A stretch of DNA of 64,000 nt from Hydrotalea sp. Its GTDB lineage: Bacteria; Bacteroidota; Bacteroidia; Chitinophagales; Chitinophagaceae. The DNA is taken from the NCBI GenBank assembly GCA_022402565.1, contig JAKRSC010000027.1:25060-89059 (forward strand), in the 5' to 3' direction. This document shows, piece after piece, positions 34,482-43,477 of the stretch (positions within the stretch are counted from its first letter, which is position 1; the number at the start of each line of letters is the position of its first letter). The notes beneath the pieces were generated by a model, which worked only from the letters and a program-made list of their open reading frames with translations, searched no databases and was not told where the DNA came from. A program made the position numbers and the translations under genes.

Positions 34482-35651
34482 ATGATTGAATCGCTTCGCA
34501 TTTTGCTCATCCACCAACCCTATCGCTTGTATGGCGGTGAGGACCGGGTATTTGAGCAAGAACGAGATGCACTCATCCAAGCTTTGGGAAAGAACCAGGT
34601 ATGGATCTATGGAGCAGATACAGTTTATAGCCCTACCTGGCAACTGCCTTTCCATTTGTTACATTCAAAGGAGCATTATAACAAAGTATTTCAGCTGGTC
34701 CAGGAGCATCGTATTCAGGTTGTACATGTTCATAATTTTTTCCCATGGCTTTCACCTTCCGTTTTTAGAGCAGCTAAAGATGCTGGGGCTGCTGTAGTGC
34801 ATACGCTGCACAATTATAGGCGCTGGTGTGTAAAGGGTGAACTCTACCTCGAAAAAAAGGGGATTTGTGAACAATGCATCGAATCGAAAAGTCGCTGGCC
34901 TGCTGTGCAACAGGCTTGTTATCGTAGTTCCACCTTACAGAGCCTGGCAGCATCTGTGGCTTTTAGCCAATTTGAAAGCAAAGGCGATTGGGAAGCTGTA
35001 GACCGATTTATAGTATTATCTAAGTTCCAAGAAAAATGGGTACTTGAAAGAGGTATTCCACCTGAAAAACTGGTGTATAAACCTAATTGGATTGGCCATC
35101 ATCCTTCTGTTCCCATTGAACGCAGAAATGGACTGGTTTGGGCAGGTCGATTAGAACCTTCTAAAGGAATTGACCTGTTATTAAATGCCTTTCAACAAGT
35201 GAGTCTCAACATTCCGCTTACTATTGTTGGAAGTGGTTCGCTTGAAGCAGCTCTTAGAAAGGAATATGCGCTTGATGAGCGCATTGAATGGAAAGGATTG
35301 CAATCGCCTGAAATGACCCGACAAATCATAGGTTCGGCTCGATACTTACTGCAAACATCTCTTTGGTATGAAACGTTTGGTTTAACCATTTTAGAAGCCA
35401 TGCAAATGGGTGTGCCGGTCATTGGATTTCCTATTGGAACGAGAACCGAGTTCATTGAACATGGCAATAATGGCTTTTTAACCGAACCTGGTGCTTTAGC
35501 CGAAACCATTCAGCTTGTGTACGATTCAGCCAACTATCCTTCGCTTTCCAAAAATGCTTTTACTTTTGCATCCACCTTCGGTCAGGATCAAATATTGTCT
35601 TCTCAGTTGCAATTGTATCGATCACTTATCACAAATTATGAGTCAACATAA
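34482..35651 (+). CDS. family 4 glycosyltransferase (GT-B)
   Basis: 389 aa. GRLEPSKGIDLLL and ETFGLTILEAMQMGVPVI..........E (EX7E region). Confidence 0.8.
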   Translation: MIESLRILLIHQPYRLYGGEDRVFEQERDALIQALGKNQVWIYGADTVYSPTWQLPFHLLHSKEHYNKVFQLVQEHRIQVVHVHNFFPWLSPSVFRAAKDAGAAVVHTLHNYRRWCVKGELYLEKKGICEQCIESKSRWPAVQQACYRSSTLQSLAASVAFSQFESKGDWEAVDRFIVLSKFQEKWVLERGIPPEKLVYKPNWIGHHPSVPIERRNGLVWAGRLEPSKGIDLLLNAFQQVSLNIPLTIVGSGSLEAALRKEYALDERIEWKGLQSPEMTRQIIGSARYLLQTSLWYETFGLTILEAMQMGVPVIGFPIGTRTEFIEHGNNGFLTEPGALAETIQLVYDSANYPSLSKNAFTFASTFGQDQILSSQLQLYRSLITNYEST

Positions 35652-36369
35652 GTTTAAAAAGGTTTTCATCATAGCTTCCCCCAATGAACCGGAGGATAGA
35701 AAAAAGAATGTAGCCGCTCTCCTTGAACTCATTCCTGAAGCAACAATACAACCAGCCATTTATCCTTCTATTACAAAAGTGCCCTTTCTTGAACGTTTAA
35801 AAGACCTCAGTGCAGCAAGAACTGGAACACGACTTAATAACGGGGAGATTGGAATTTTACTTACCAATCGTTCTATTTGGAGGTCTATTTTACAGATGGA
35901 AGGCAATTCAACCGATAAGTTTCTGATTTTAGAATCAGATAGCACCATCAACAATCTTCCTTTTTTTCTGGATAAAGGAAAAGAAATAACTGATGGGTAT
36001 GATATGTTTTTTTTAGGCGCATGGTCGGGGAATATGAAGTTGAAGAGAAGTACTATTCAAACTGTTTCATTGCCTTTTAAAATTGGTGTGCCTTATATGA
36101 AAAGTGTTTGCTGTGGGTATGGCTATGTGGTGAATACGCATGCGGCTTCTCAATTGCTCCAATTCACCAAAAAAATTGGCCATCCTGTTGATGAGTTTAA
36201 AAAATATTTACCCAAGAATATTTTTAGGATTGGAGGAATTATGCCCGAACTGATTTCGGAACTACCCTATTCCACTACCATTGGTCACCCGAATTATGGC
36301 AATCCTTTGTTTCGCGCTAAGATGTTTTTAGTGCATCTTCGCAATTCCCTAGTATCTTACTTTTCATGA
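35638..36369 (+). CDS. family 25-like glycosyltransferase (LPS/LOS beta-1,4-galactosyltransferase type)
   Basis: Start placed at the ATG at 35638 (MSQHKFKKVFIIASPNEPEDRKKNV...). The N-terminal 41 codons of the track ORF overlap the GT4 gene. LNNGEIGILLTNRSIW resembles the GT25 GEIGC motif region. Confidence 0.55.
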   Translation: MSQHKFKKVFIIASPNEPEDRKKNVAALLELIPEATIQPAIYPSITKVPFLERLKDLSAARTGTRLNNGEIGILLTNRSIWRSILQMEGNSTDKFLILESDSTINNLPFFLDKGKEITDGYDMFFLGAWSGNMKLKRSTIQTVSLPFKIGVPYMKSVCCGYGYVVNTHAASQLLQFTKKIGHPVDEFKKYLPKNIFRIGGIMPELISELPYSTTIGHPNYGNPLFRAKMFLVHLRNSLVSYFS

Positions 36370-37625
36370 GTGTACTTCTTCAACTATATGTTCGGCTGTT
36401 TGTGTTTGTATATGGTCTCTACACATTTTTTAATCGTGGTGTAGCCTATACTTACTTAGCTGAAGCGGTTTGGTTAATTGGAATGGTATTGGTGGTGCGT
36501 TATAGAAAGCAACTCTCCTTATCACGCGATAGAAGTATGCTTGTTTTACTCTTGTTGCTTTTCATTAACCTAATTTACATGGCTCGAGGCTTTGCAGCCT
36601 ATCCTTTCATGGAAGTTGTACGAGATAGTTTCATGCTACAATATGCAGGATTCGTAGTCATCATTGCTTTGCTTAGACCCTATCACCAACAAATTCTTGC
36701 TGGCTTTGCTGTGGTGTATACATGGTTTCCTTGGGTTGTTTGCACAACTTTTTTGTTGCGAGCTTGGGATCCTTATTGGAACCAACTGTCCTTGTTTGGT
36801 GGCATTCCTTTGTTCGTTTATAAAAACGGCGATATGGCAGTTCATTTGCTGATTGGAACTTTATTGCTGCTAACTGGGAAATTGGAGTTGAAGCCTCGGA
36901 TGTACCTTTTACAATTGGTGGTAACCGCGTATTTGTTTTTGTTAACTGCCACCTTTAACAGAGGAGGCATGTTGTCTTTTGTAGTAGGTATATCAGTTTA
37001 TTTTTATTACATCAGAAAAACTGCTTTTGCACGTCAAATATTCCGCTACATGCGTCTGGCGCCGCTCCTGCTTTTAATTGCTATTCCATTGTATACAGCC
37101 ATTAAAATTGAAGATAAGTCGCAAGGAAGGAATACCGGTTTGAAACAGTTGGAACAAAATGTTACGAGTATAGTTAGTAGAAAGGTGGAAGGCGGATTGA
37201 ATGATAATGTGCTATGGCGATTAGCTTGGTGGGGGAAAATTATTGATTACACCATATTGGGACCGTATATCTTACATGGAAAAGGATTGGGTGTGAATTT
37301 ATCGGTTGATGATGATATACCTATGGAAGACGATTCATTGCGTTCGCCTCATAATTTTCATATGAATATTTTGGCTCGCTTTGGATTACCTATTGCTATG
37401 TTGTGGCTGTATTGGATGTACTTGATCTTTCAACCTTTATTCCGAAAAGGACTACCCCTGCAACAATTGTTTTACATTTCAGCAATCATTGCATTTTTAG
37501 TGAATGCTACTTTTGATGTGGCTTTGGAAGGCCCAATGGCTGCTATGCCTTTTTGGATTATTGTAGGATTATATATTGATACAGGTGCGCAAGAAAAACT
37601 TACTGAACCTTTAGCTTACATTTAA
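36366..37625 (+). CDS. O-antigen ligase/polymerase-family membrane protein (Wzy-like)
   Basis: 419 aa, at least 10 TM segments. Has the Wzy_C-type loop TFNRGGMLSFVVG. ATGA overlap with the upstream gene. Confidence 0.6.
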   Translation: MSVLLQLYVRLFVFVYGLYTFFNRGVAYTYLAEAVWLIGMVLVVRYRKQLSLSRDRSMLVLLLLLFINLIYMARGFAAYPFMEVVRDSFMLQYAGFVVIIALLRPYHQQILAGFAVVYTWFPWVVCTTFLLRAWDPYWNQLSLFGGIPLFVYKNGDMAVHLLIGTLLLLTGKLELKPRMYLLQLVVTAYLFLLTATFNRGGMLSFVVGISVYFYYIRKTAFARQIFRYMRLAPLLLLIAIPLYTAIKIEDKSQGRNTGLKQLEQNVTSIVSRKVEGGLNDNVLWRLAWWGKIIDYTILGPYILHGKGLGVNLSVDDDIPMEDDSLRSPHNFHMNILARFGLPIAMLWLYWMYLIFQPLFRKGLPLQQLFYISAIIAFLVNATFDVALEGPMAAMPFWIIVGLYIDTGAQEKLTEPLAYI

Positions 37626-37628
37626 TTT

Positions 37629-38924
37629 TTGAATTCTTTTATACAACATATCAAACAAAAAATTGAGCCCCACTTCAGGTACATTTCAAATTTGGGATTC
37701 ACATTTGCTTCACAAGCAGTGAGTGCGCTATCAATCATTTTAGTGACTCCATTGCTTTTACAAGCATTAGGAAAGGAAGATTTTGGTTGGTATGGAAGTT
37801 TATTGAATTTAATTACGATATCTGCGGTTGTTGATTTGGGTATGAACTTAGGACTTTTGCGACGCATCATTCATGAACCTAATCGTTCTGCTGCCTTAAT
37901 CAACACGTTGTTTTTCTTTTTTATAGGAATGATTGTAGTAGCTGTTCCATTATTTGGTTGGCTATTCGAATGGGGCGTGGTTCAAACAAAAAACTCTCCT
38001 TGGCTATCAGCATTGTGTGTGAGTGTATTGACTGGACAATTTATTTTAGCCTATTTATTCGATACGGTTATTCAATCTGTCAATAAAATTTATCTGGGTA
38101 AGCTAATCAGAATCTTCAAACTGATTGCTGAAGTGTTGGTTTGGATGTGGTTGGCTTCTTACAAGAATGTGTTTTTGCTATTGATGGGAAGTGCTGTTAT
38201 TAACACATGCTATATTATTGGATTATACTTGGCTTCTATGAAGCAGGTAAGCTTCAATATTTCATCAAAACTGTTTTCTTGGTCGCTATTAAAAGACCAT
38301 TTTTTTTACAGCCAATGGTATTTCTGGGGAATAGTGGCTACCATGCTTAATTTTAATGGTCAGATTTTTTTATTATCTCAGGTTTCTGGTAATGCAGCTG
38401 TAGCCAATTATTTGTTGGTGATTCGATTTTATGAAGTAATTAGAATTGGAATGACCAATTTCACTGCCATTTTGTTTCCTAGATTGGCAGGCATACAATA
38501 TGAGGGTAATTGGAAGCAGCTGAAGAAAATATTTATCTCTACTTGGCTACGTGTAGCAGGATTAAGTGTACTATTTATTGCACTTTTACTTTGGAAAGGG
38601 CCTTGGCTGTTTCAACTTTGGGCAAATGTGGCAGATGAGGAAGTGCTTGAATTGTTTTTCTACTTTGGAATTTTCATTTGGCTAATAATTTTGGATAGTG
38701 TTTCTGCAATTTTCTTACCAGCTTTGGGTATTCATAAGATACAAACTTTGGTTGCGATAGCACAAGGAATTCTATCGCTTACACTGGCATATTTCCTCTT
38801 GCCGAGTATGGGTTTAAAAGGGATTGCAATGGGTTCTATTATTGCACTGCTTTTAACCAATTTCTTTTTCAATCCATGGTATTTGTGGAGGCACTTGGTG
38901 CGTCAGGAAAAAGGATTGGGTTAG
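37629..38924 (+). CDS. Wzx-like polysaccharide flippase (MOP superfamily)
   Basis: 431 aa with about 12 TM segments. TTG start 3 nt after the upstream stop; no in-frame ATG for 71 codons. Confidence 0.55.
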   Translation: MNSFIQHIKQKIEPHFRYISNLGFTFASQAVSALSIILVTPLLLQALGKEDFGWYGSLLNLITISAVVDLGMNLGLLRRIIHEPNRSAALINTLFFFFIGMIVVAVPLFGWLFEWGVVQTKNSPWLSALCVSVLTGQFILAYLFDTVIQSVNKIYLGKLIRIFKLIAEVLVWMWLASYKNVFLLLMGSAVINTCYIIGLYLASMKQVSFNISSKLFSWSLLKDHFFYSQWYFWGIVATMLNFNGQIFLLSQVSGNAAVANYLLVIRFYEVIRIGMTNFTAILFPRLAGIQYEGNWKQLKKIFISTWLRVAGLSVLFIALLLWKGPWLFQLWANVADEEVLELFFYFGIFIWLIILDSVSAIFLPALGIHKIQTLVAIAQGILSLTLAYFLLPSMGLKGIAMGSIIALLLTNFFFNPWYLWRHLVRQEKGLG

Positions 38925-38932
38925 TTGGGGTT

Positions 38933-39270
38933 GGTCTGTGGTCTTTGGTCTTTGGTCTTTAGTCTTTGGTCTTTAGTCTTTGGTTGGAAATGTTTTTTAC
39001 CCTACCTACACCCTCGAGTAGGAATCTCCCGTCGTGGGAACTCAATCATTTAACTCCTATTCTTTATATCCCTACTTTCTTTTGCTTTCCGCCCCCAAAA
39101 AATTTTGGGGGCGGATCACTAAAGGCCTACAGTGCAAGCGGTCCCTGAGGCTCCCGAAGGGCCGCGCATTTTGCCTTGCCCACGCCACCATCGCTGAATG
39201 CCTGCTGTCCACGTGGTCCCTGAGTATGCCGAAGGGTGCTGCTCAGCGAGCCGCGGTGTCCAGCTAGGCT
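38933..39270 (+). repeat. mosaic repeat copy R8 (heptamers + inverted F + B-tail + P + C)
   Basis: About 8 heptamers at 38933-38988, starting 9 nt after the flippase stop. GAATCTCCCGTCGTGGGAAC is inverted F. CCCTACTTTCTTTTGCTTTCC follows. Perfect palindrome 39089-39124 CCGCCCCCAAAAAATTTTGGGGGCGG. Full module C runs to 39270. Decayed pieces continue to the next gene: a hairpin remnant at about 39385-39415 and AATGACC-AAACACC at 39516-39529. Confidence 0.9.
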
Positions 39271-39538
39271 AAACAATTCGTTCTTAATTTAATTTCTTAA
39301 AGTCCAAAGCACCGTTTTTTGTCTTCACAAACCACTATGACAGATTCATTCGTAGCTGAGTAATCAATTCCAATTCTTCTTATCCCTACAGTTTTTCAAG
39401 AAAAAGAAAGTAACAGATTGTTTAAAAGAAATTCATGTATTTCATCAGGATATCTGCTACCGTGAAAAGGTTATAGCAATACTTCAACACCTTAAGTGAA
39501 AGGGTTTGGCAACCCAATGACCAAACACCACCATCCCT

Positions 39539-39970
39539 CTACCCTACATTCCTTTCAAAATTTTCCAAAGGATGATTGCGCCAATTGGGATCGTATTTTA
39601 CAAACCAACTGATCCATAAACTTCTTGATAAACGCATAAAAAGAGGCTGCAAAACAATTAACAAAACTGCGTTGGTAGCTAACCAATAAAACAAACTATT
39701 GTCCATGATAGAGATGCCCAATAAAACCCACCAAGCTATAAAAGTGGCAACCGAAAACGCAACAGTCAAAGCATAGCTTACATATCCCGTTCCATAGTAA
39801 AATCCAACTTCAATTTCAGTTGGCTGACCACAAACTGGACAGGTTGCATGCATGGTTGTTATCTTATTGAGGATATATGGATTTTTATGTACAAATAAAT
39901 TTCCCTCACGACAGCGAGGACATTTACATTGAAGCGTAGCACCTAAATATGTAGAACTCTTCTTACCCAT
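39539..39970 (-). CDS. DUF983 domain-containing membrane protein
   Basis: 143 aa. CPRCREGNLF...CPVCGQPTEIEVGFYYGTGYVSYALTV followed by two TM helices. Confidence 0.7.
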   Translation of the reverse strand: MGKKSSTYLGATLQCKCPRCREGNLFVHKNPYILNKITTMHATCPVCGQPTEIEVGFYYGTGYVSYALTVAFSVATFIAWWVLLGISIMDNSLFYWLATNAVLLIVLQPLFMRLSRSLWISWFVKYDPNWRNHPLENFERNVG

Positions 39971-40087
39971 CTTACATCACTTAATTTAGTTTCAAAGGTA
40001 ATAAGGATCACAAATGCTTCATGTGATAAATGTTACTGAAAAACAAGCTGTTCAACAGATGTATTATCTTTATCCGCAAAACAGCAC

Positions 40088-40219
40088 ATGAATCTATTAC
40101 AAGTTGCTGCCGATTCAACATCTTTCGGCTACAGAATTGGGTATCAAATTGGCTCTTGGGTGCCCTTTGTATTCATTGCAGTGCTGGTATTTGCTATTCT
40201 CCGTAAACAAAGACGTTGA
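40088..40219 (+). CDS. 43-aa micro-ORF encoding a single-TM peptide, coupled to pnuC
   Basis: MNLLQVAADSTSFGYRIGYQIGSWVPFVFIAVLVFAILRKQRR. Its TGA (40217-40219) overlaps the pnuC TTG start (40216-40218) as TTGA. Below the ORF-track cutoff. No homology evidence available. Confidence 0.3.
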   Translation: MNLLQVAADSTSFGYRIGYQIGSWVPFVFIAVLVFAILRKQRR

Positions 40220-40851
40220 ACCAGTTCATTACTTCATTTTGGGAAGGACTCACACAAACCAGCTTGTTAGAATATATAGCTGTCATTGCTGGCATTGTGA
40301 GTGTTTGGTTCAGTCAACGTGAACAAGTTTGGGTATATCCAACTGGTCTCATCAATACTTCATTATTCATTTATATCTGCTGGGAAGGTCAGCTTTTTGG
40401 AGAAGCTAGCGTGAACCTTTATTATACCATCATGAGCTTATACGGATGGTGGCTGTGGACTAGAAAAAATGAACAAGCAGAAACTGTTTGGAAGATTCAA
40501 TTTTCGACCCAGAAAGAATGGGTTATGCAACTCTTGTTCTTTGGCGTAACCTATGGCTTGCTGTTTTCAGCAATCAGCTGGTTGCAAAGTTCATTCGCTC
40601 CAGATGCTATACCATGGGCTGATGCCTTAGCAAGTGCAAGTGCATACACAGGCATGTGGCTCATGGCAAGAAAAAAAGTGGAAAGCTGGTATTGGTGGAT
40701 ACTTACAAACATTACTTCCATTCCTTTGTTCTACATAAAAGGTTATGTATTTACAACTGTACAGTTCATGGTTTTATTACTGATGGCATTGTATGGTTGG
40801 AAAGCATGGCAAAAAAAAGCATTGATTCAAGAGGAAAGTAAAACTGAATGA
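40216..40851 (+). CDS. pnuC: nicotinamide riboside transporter PnuC
   Basis: 211 aa with about 7 TM segments. SLLEYIAVIAGIVSVWFSQREQVWVYPTG... and WYWWILTNITSIPLFYIKG are typical of PnuC. Confidence 0.8.
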   Translation: MNQFITSFWEGLTQTSLLEYIAVIAGIVSVWFSQREQVWVYPTGLINTSLFIYICWEGQLFGEASVNLYYTIMSLYGWWLWTRKNEQAETVWKIQFSTQKEWVMQLLFFGVTYGLLFSAISWLQSSFAPDAIPWADALASASAYTGMWLMARKKVESWYWWILTNITSIPLFYIKGYVFTTVQFMVLLLMALYGWKAWQKKALIQEESKTE

Positions 40852-41390
40852 GTTTAAAAAAAGTAGTAATACTAGGACCTGAGAGCACTGGAAAAAGTAC
40901 TTTGTCGGCCGCTTTGGCCGATCATTTTCAGACATATTGGTGCCAAGAATATGCAAGGGAGTACCTTCTAAAGCATGGCAATAAATATAGCTTGGAACAA
41001 CTCACTGAAATTGCAAAAGGGCAATTAGCATTAGAAGATGCATACACACAAAAAGCAATAGATGATGGGAAGTCATTGTTGTTTATTGATACCGATATGC
41101 AGGTAATGAAAGTGTGGAGTGAATATGTTTTTGGCACCTGTGACCCTTTTATTCTTGAAGCTCATGCTCAACGGTCGTATGATTTGTATTTATTATGCGC
41201 ACCCGATTTACCTTGGGTTGCAGATGAATTGAGGGAATATCCCGATGAAGGCCCACGTAAAGAACTATTTGCAATATACCAATCGCATTTAGCGATGCAA
41301 TCTACACCTTGGGTGGTCATTAGTGGTTTGCAAGAAGAGCGAACAAAAATGGGTATTCAAGCAGTTGAACATCATTTAATGAGCTGTTGA
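40848..41390 (+). CDS. NadR-C-terminal-like P-loop kinase (ribosylnicotinamide kinase type)
   Basis: 180 aa. VVILGPESTGKSTL Walker A. ATGA overlap with pnuC. The pnuC plus AAA-ATPase pairing is the classical NR salvage arrangement. Confidence 0.65.
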   Translation: MSLKKVVILGPESTGKSTLSAALADHFQTYWCQEYAREYLLKHGNKYSLEQLTEIAKGQLALEDAYTQKAIDDGKSLLFIDTDMQVMKVWSEYVFGTCDPFILEAHAQRSYDLYLLCAPDLPWVADELREYPDEGPRKELFAIYQSHLAMQSTPWVVISGLQEERTKMGIQAVEHHLMSC

Positions 41391-42082
41391 ATATCTGAAT
41401 CATCTTCCAAATTATTCATTTGACGAATGATCCAGTTTTTCTTCCAACCAACAAACCGACTCATTGGTACAACTGTATATTTTTTAGGATTAGGTAAACA
41501 GGCTATAATCTGCGCAGCTTCTTGTCGGTTTAATTTTGATGCTGATTTTTTGAAGTAGTGTTGCGCTGCAGCTTCTATACCAAATATACCCGGACCCATT
41601 TCAATGCAGTTCAAATACACTTCTAAAATTCGCTTTTTACCCCAAACCAATTCAATCCATGCAGTGAACCAAAACTCTGGAATCTTACGTAGGTATTTTG
41701 TAAATCCAGAACCCTGCCACAAGAAAACATTTTTTGCTACTTGTTGAGAAATTGTGCTCGCACCTGCTCCTCTAGGTAATTTCTTTTTTCTCTTGCTTGG
41801 CTTTTCTGGGTCAAGACTTTTTCGGAGAGCTTCCCAGTCAAAGCCATGGTGATCAGTAAATGCTTGGTCTTCACTGGCAATAGCTGCGAGCTTTACATGT
41901 TTACTAATTTCATTGTAAGCCACATAATCGCGTTTAAGTCCATATTGTACACCCTGTACCATTTGGGTAATTGTAACGGGTGGCATCATCCATTTACAGA
42001 TCAAGAGATAAATACTGGAACTGATAAGCATCCAATAAAATATGCGTACAATTTTCCGAAATACTCCTTGCTTAATTTTCAT
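41372..42082 (-). CDS. mtgA: monofunctional peptidoglycan glycosyltransferase (GT51)
   Basis: 236 aa. N-terminal TM, SEDQAFTDHHGFDW, GASTISQQVAKN and RKIPEFWFT motifs. Its 3' end overlaps the convergent kinase gene by 19 nt. Confidence 0.85.
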   Translation of the reverse strand: MKIKQGVFRKIVRIFYWMLISSSIYLLICKWMMPPVTITQMVQGVQYGLKRDYVAYNEISKHVKLAAIASEDQAFTDHHGFDWEALRKSLDPEKPSKRKKKLPRGAGASTISQQVAKNVFLWQGSGFTKYLRKIPEFWFTAWIELVWGKKRILEVYLNCIEMGPGIFGIEAAAQHYFKKSASKLNRQEAAQIIACLPNPKKYTVVPMSRFVGWKKNWIIRQMNNLEDDSDIQQLIK

Positions 42083-42097
42083 GAAAAGATATTTATA

Positions 42098-43102
42098 TCA
42101 CTGCTTTATTCTCAAAAAAAACCCACAACAATCGCCTTGTTTGGATGCATTTAATTCTTGAGCTTGCTGATTGAATGATACAATTTGTTTTTTAGAGAAG
42201 ATACTATTATGGGGATCAATAGCATAAGAATGTTGATCATGTAAAGAAATATTTTGAAGATATTGTTCACTGCCCCAAAATTGAAATGCTGTACTATCAA
42301 ACACACAATGATACAATTCCATATTACAACGATTGGCTAATGTAGCTATGGCCTTTTGTGTAAATACATAATAATGTCTTGGCGCATCAATCTGCACCCA
42401 GTTTTCCGCATATTGCAACCATGCTTTTGAATCACTTACCGGTACTCTTATCAAAATGGTACCATTGGGCGCAAGTAGTTCTTTTATTTGTTGTAAAACT
42501 TTCTCTGGATCAGACATATGCTCAAAGGCATGATGCATCATAATCACATCCCATTTACCTTGAATTTCGTCAACCTCTTTTTTTTGAATTTGTAATCCAT
42601 TATCATACAGTATATCACTCTCAATAAAAGCATCTACACCTAAAAGGTGCTCACAGCCCCAATCTTTTAAATCAAACAACAAATGGCCAGCTCCACAACC
42701 AATATCTAAAACCCTGGTCGATTTTTTAATTTTTAGTGTTGCAAGCATTTGCATGGTAGAATTGGGGCGCAGTTGAAATAAGATTTTTCCAATCAGATTA
42801 TTATAACCAAGCGCATAGCTATTCTTGAGATTCTTCAACCATTTTTTTAAAAAATTACCTGATGATTTTTGAGAGAAACTGTAATAATCGGATGGATAAT
42901 AAAGCGACATGTTTTGCGGTGGGTCGAGAAGTTGGAGGCATCCACAATTAGCACATTGTTGATAATGAAAATCATCTCTTAAGCCCAACATCATTTCTTT
43001 CACTTTGAAAACCTTATGATGACCCTCCTGCTTACAAATACCGCAAGGTTGTGAACATTTTAATTCATTTGATAGAACGTCATGGTCGATTGATGTGAGC
43101 AT
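42098..43102 (-). CDS. class I SAM-dependent methyltransferase with N-terminal zinc-ribbon
   Basis: 334 aa. CGICKQ...CANCGC followed by VLDIGCGAGHLL. Same architecture as 350..1342. Confidence 0.7.
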   Translation of the reverse strand: MLTSIDHDVLSNELKCSQPCGICKQEGHHKVFKVKEMMLGLRDDFHYQQCANCGCLQLLDPPQNMSLYYPSDYYSFSQKSSGNFLKKWLKNLKNSYALGYNNLIGKILFQLRPNSTMQMLATLKIKKSTRVLDIGCGAGHLLFDLKDWGCEHLLGVDAFIESDILYDNGLQIQKKEVDEIQGKWDVIMMHHAFEHMSDPEKVLQQIKELLAPNGTILIRVPVSDSKAWLQYAENWVQIDAPRHYYVFTQKAIATLANRCNMELYHCVFDSTAFQFWGSEQYLQNISLHDQHSYAIDPHNSIFSKKQIVSFNQQAQELNASKQGDCCGFFLRIKQ

Positions 43103-43261
43103 ATTATGGCGAAAATAAAAATAAAGCGTTTAGCAGAACTTTTTAGTTGTGTTTCATTGTTAAATTTCTTCTATGCAGTATGGTTCTCGAAGTATTGAGG
43201 CAAAATAAAAAGTATGGATGATTAGACTGGTTTCGTATGATTGCGTTCTACGATAATAATT

Positions 43262-43472
43262 CTCCACATCTCTCTCAGCGCCCTTACCCAGCACCCCGAT
43301 GCGGGATCTGCCGTTCATGAACGTGGTAACCGAGAAAACTAGAATGCTTTTTTTGAATAATTAATCAGCTATAAATAAATCTATCATAATGGTTCCTGAA
43401 GACACAAACCAAGGCCAAAAGCCAAAGACTAAAGACCAAAGACTAAAGACCAAAGACTAAAGACCAAAGACT
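43262..43472 (-). repeat. repeat copy R9 (module E + inverted heptamer array)
   Basis: CCCCGATGCGGGATCTGCCGTTCATGAACGTGGTAACCGAGAAAACTAGAATGCTTTTTTTGAAT (compare 31580-31640). 43410-43472 holds about 9 heptamers (AAAGACT/AAAGACC alternating), ending 5 nt from the S10 peptidase stop codon. Confidence 0.85.
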
Positions 43473-43477
43473 AACTA

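Noticed and set aside
35515-35637. Upstream extensions of ORF-track models (35515 for GT25, 45034 for the S10 peptidase, 60917 for glpD, 13838 for the SpsF-like gene, 47442 for AIM24)
   Set aside because: The extensions overlap the preceding gene, or precede an obvious signal peptide or conserved N-terminus. Internal ATGs give classic 4-nt overlaps or short gaps, so the shorter models were used.
41372-41390. 19-nt convergent 3' overlap of mtgA and the NadR-like kinase gene as a regulatory feature
   Set aside because: Short convergent overlaps are common in compact genomes. Nothing in the sequence, such as a hairpin or conserved motif, suggests a specific function.
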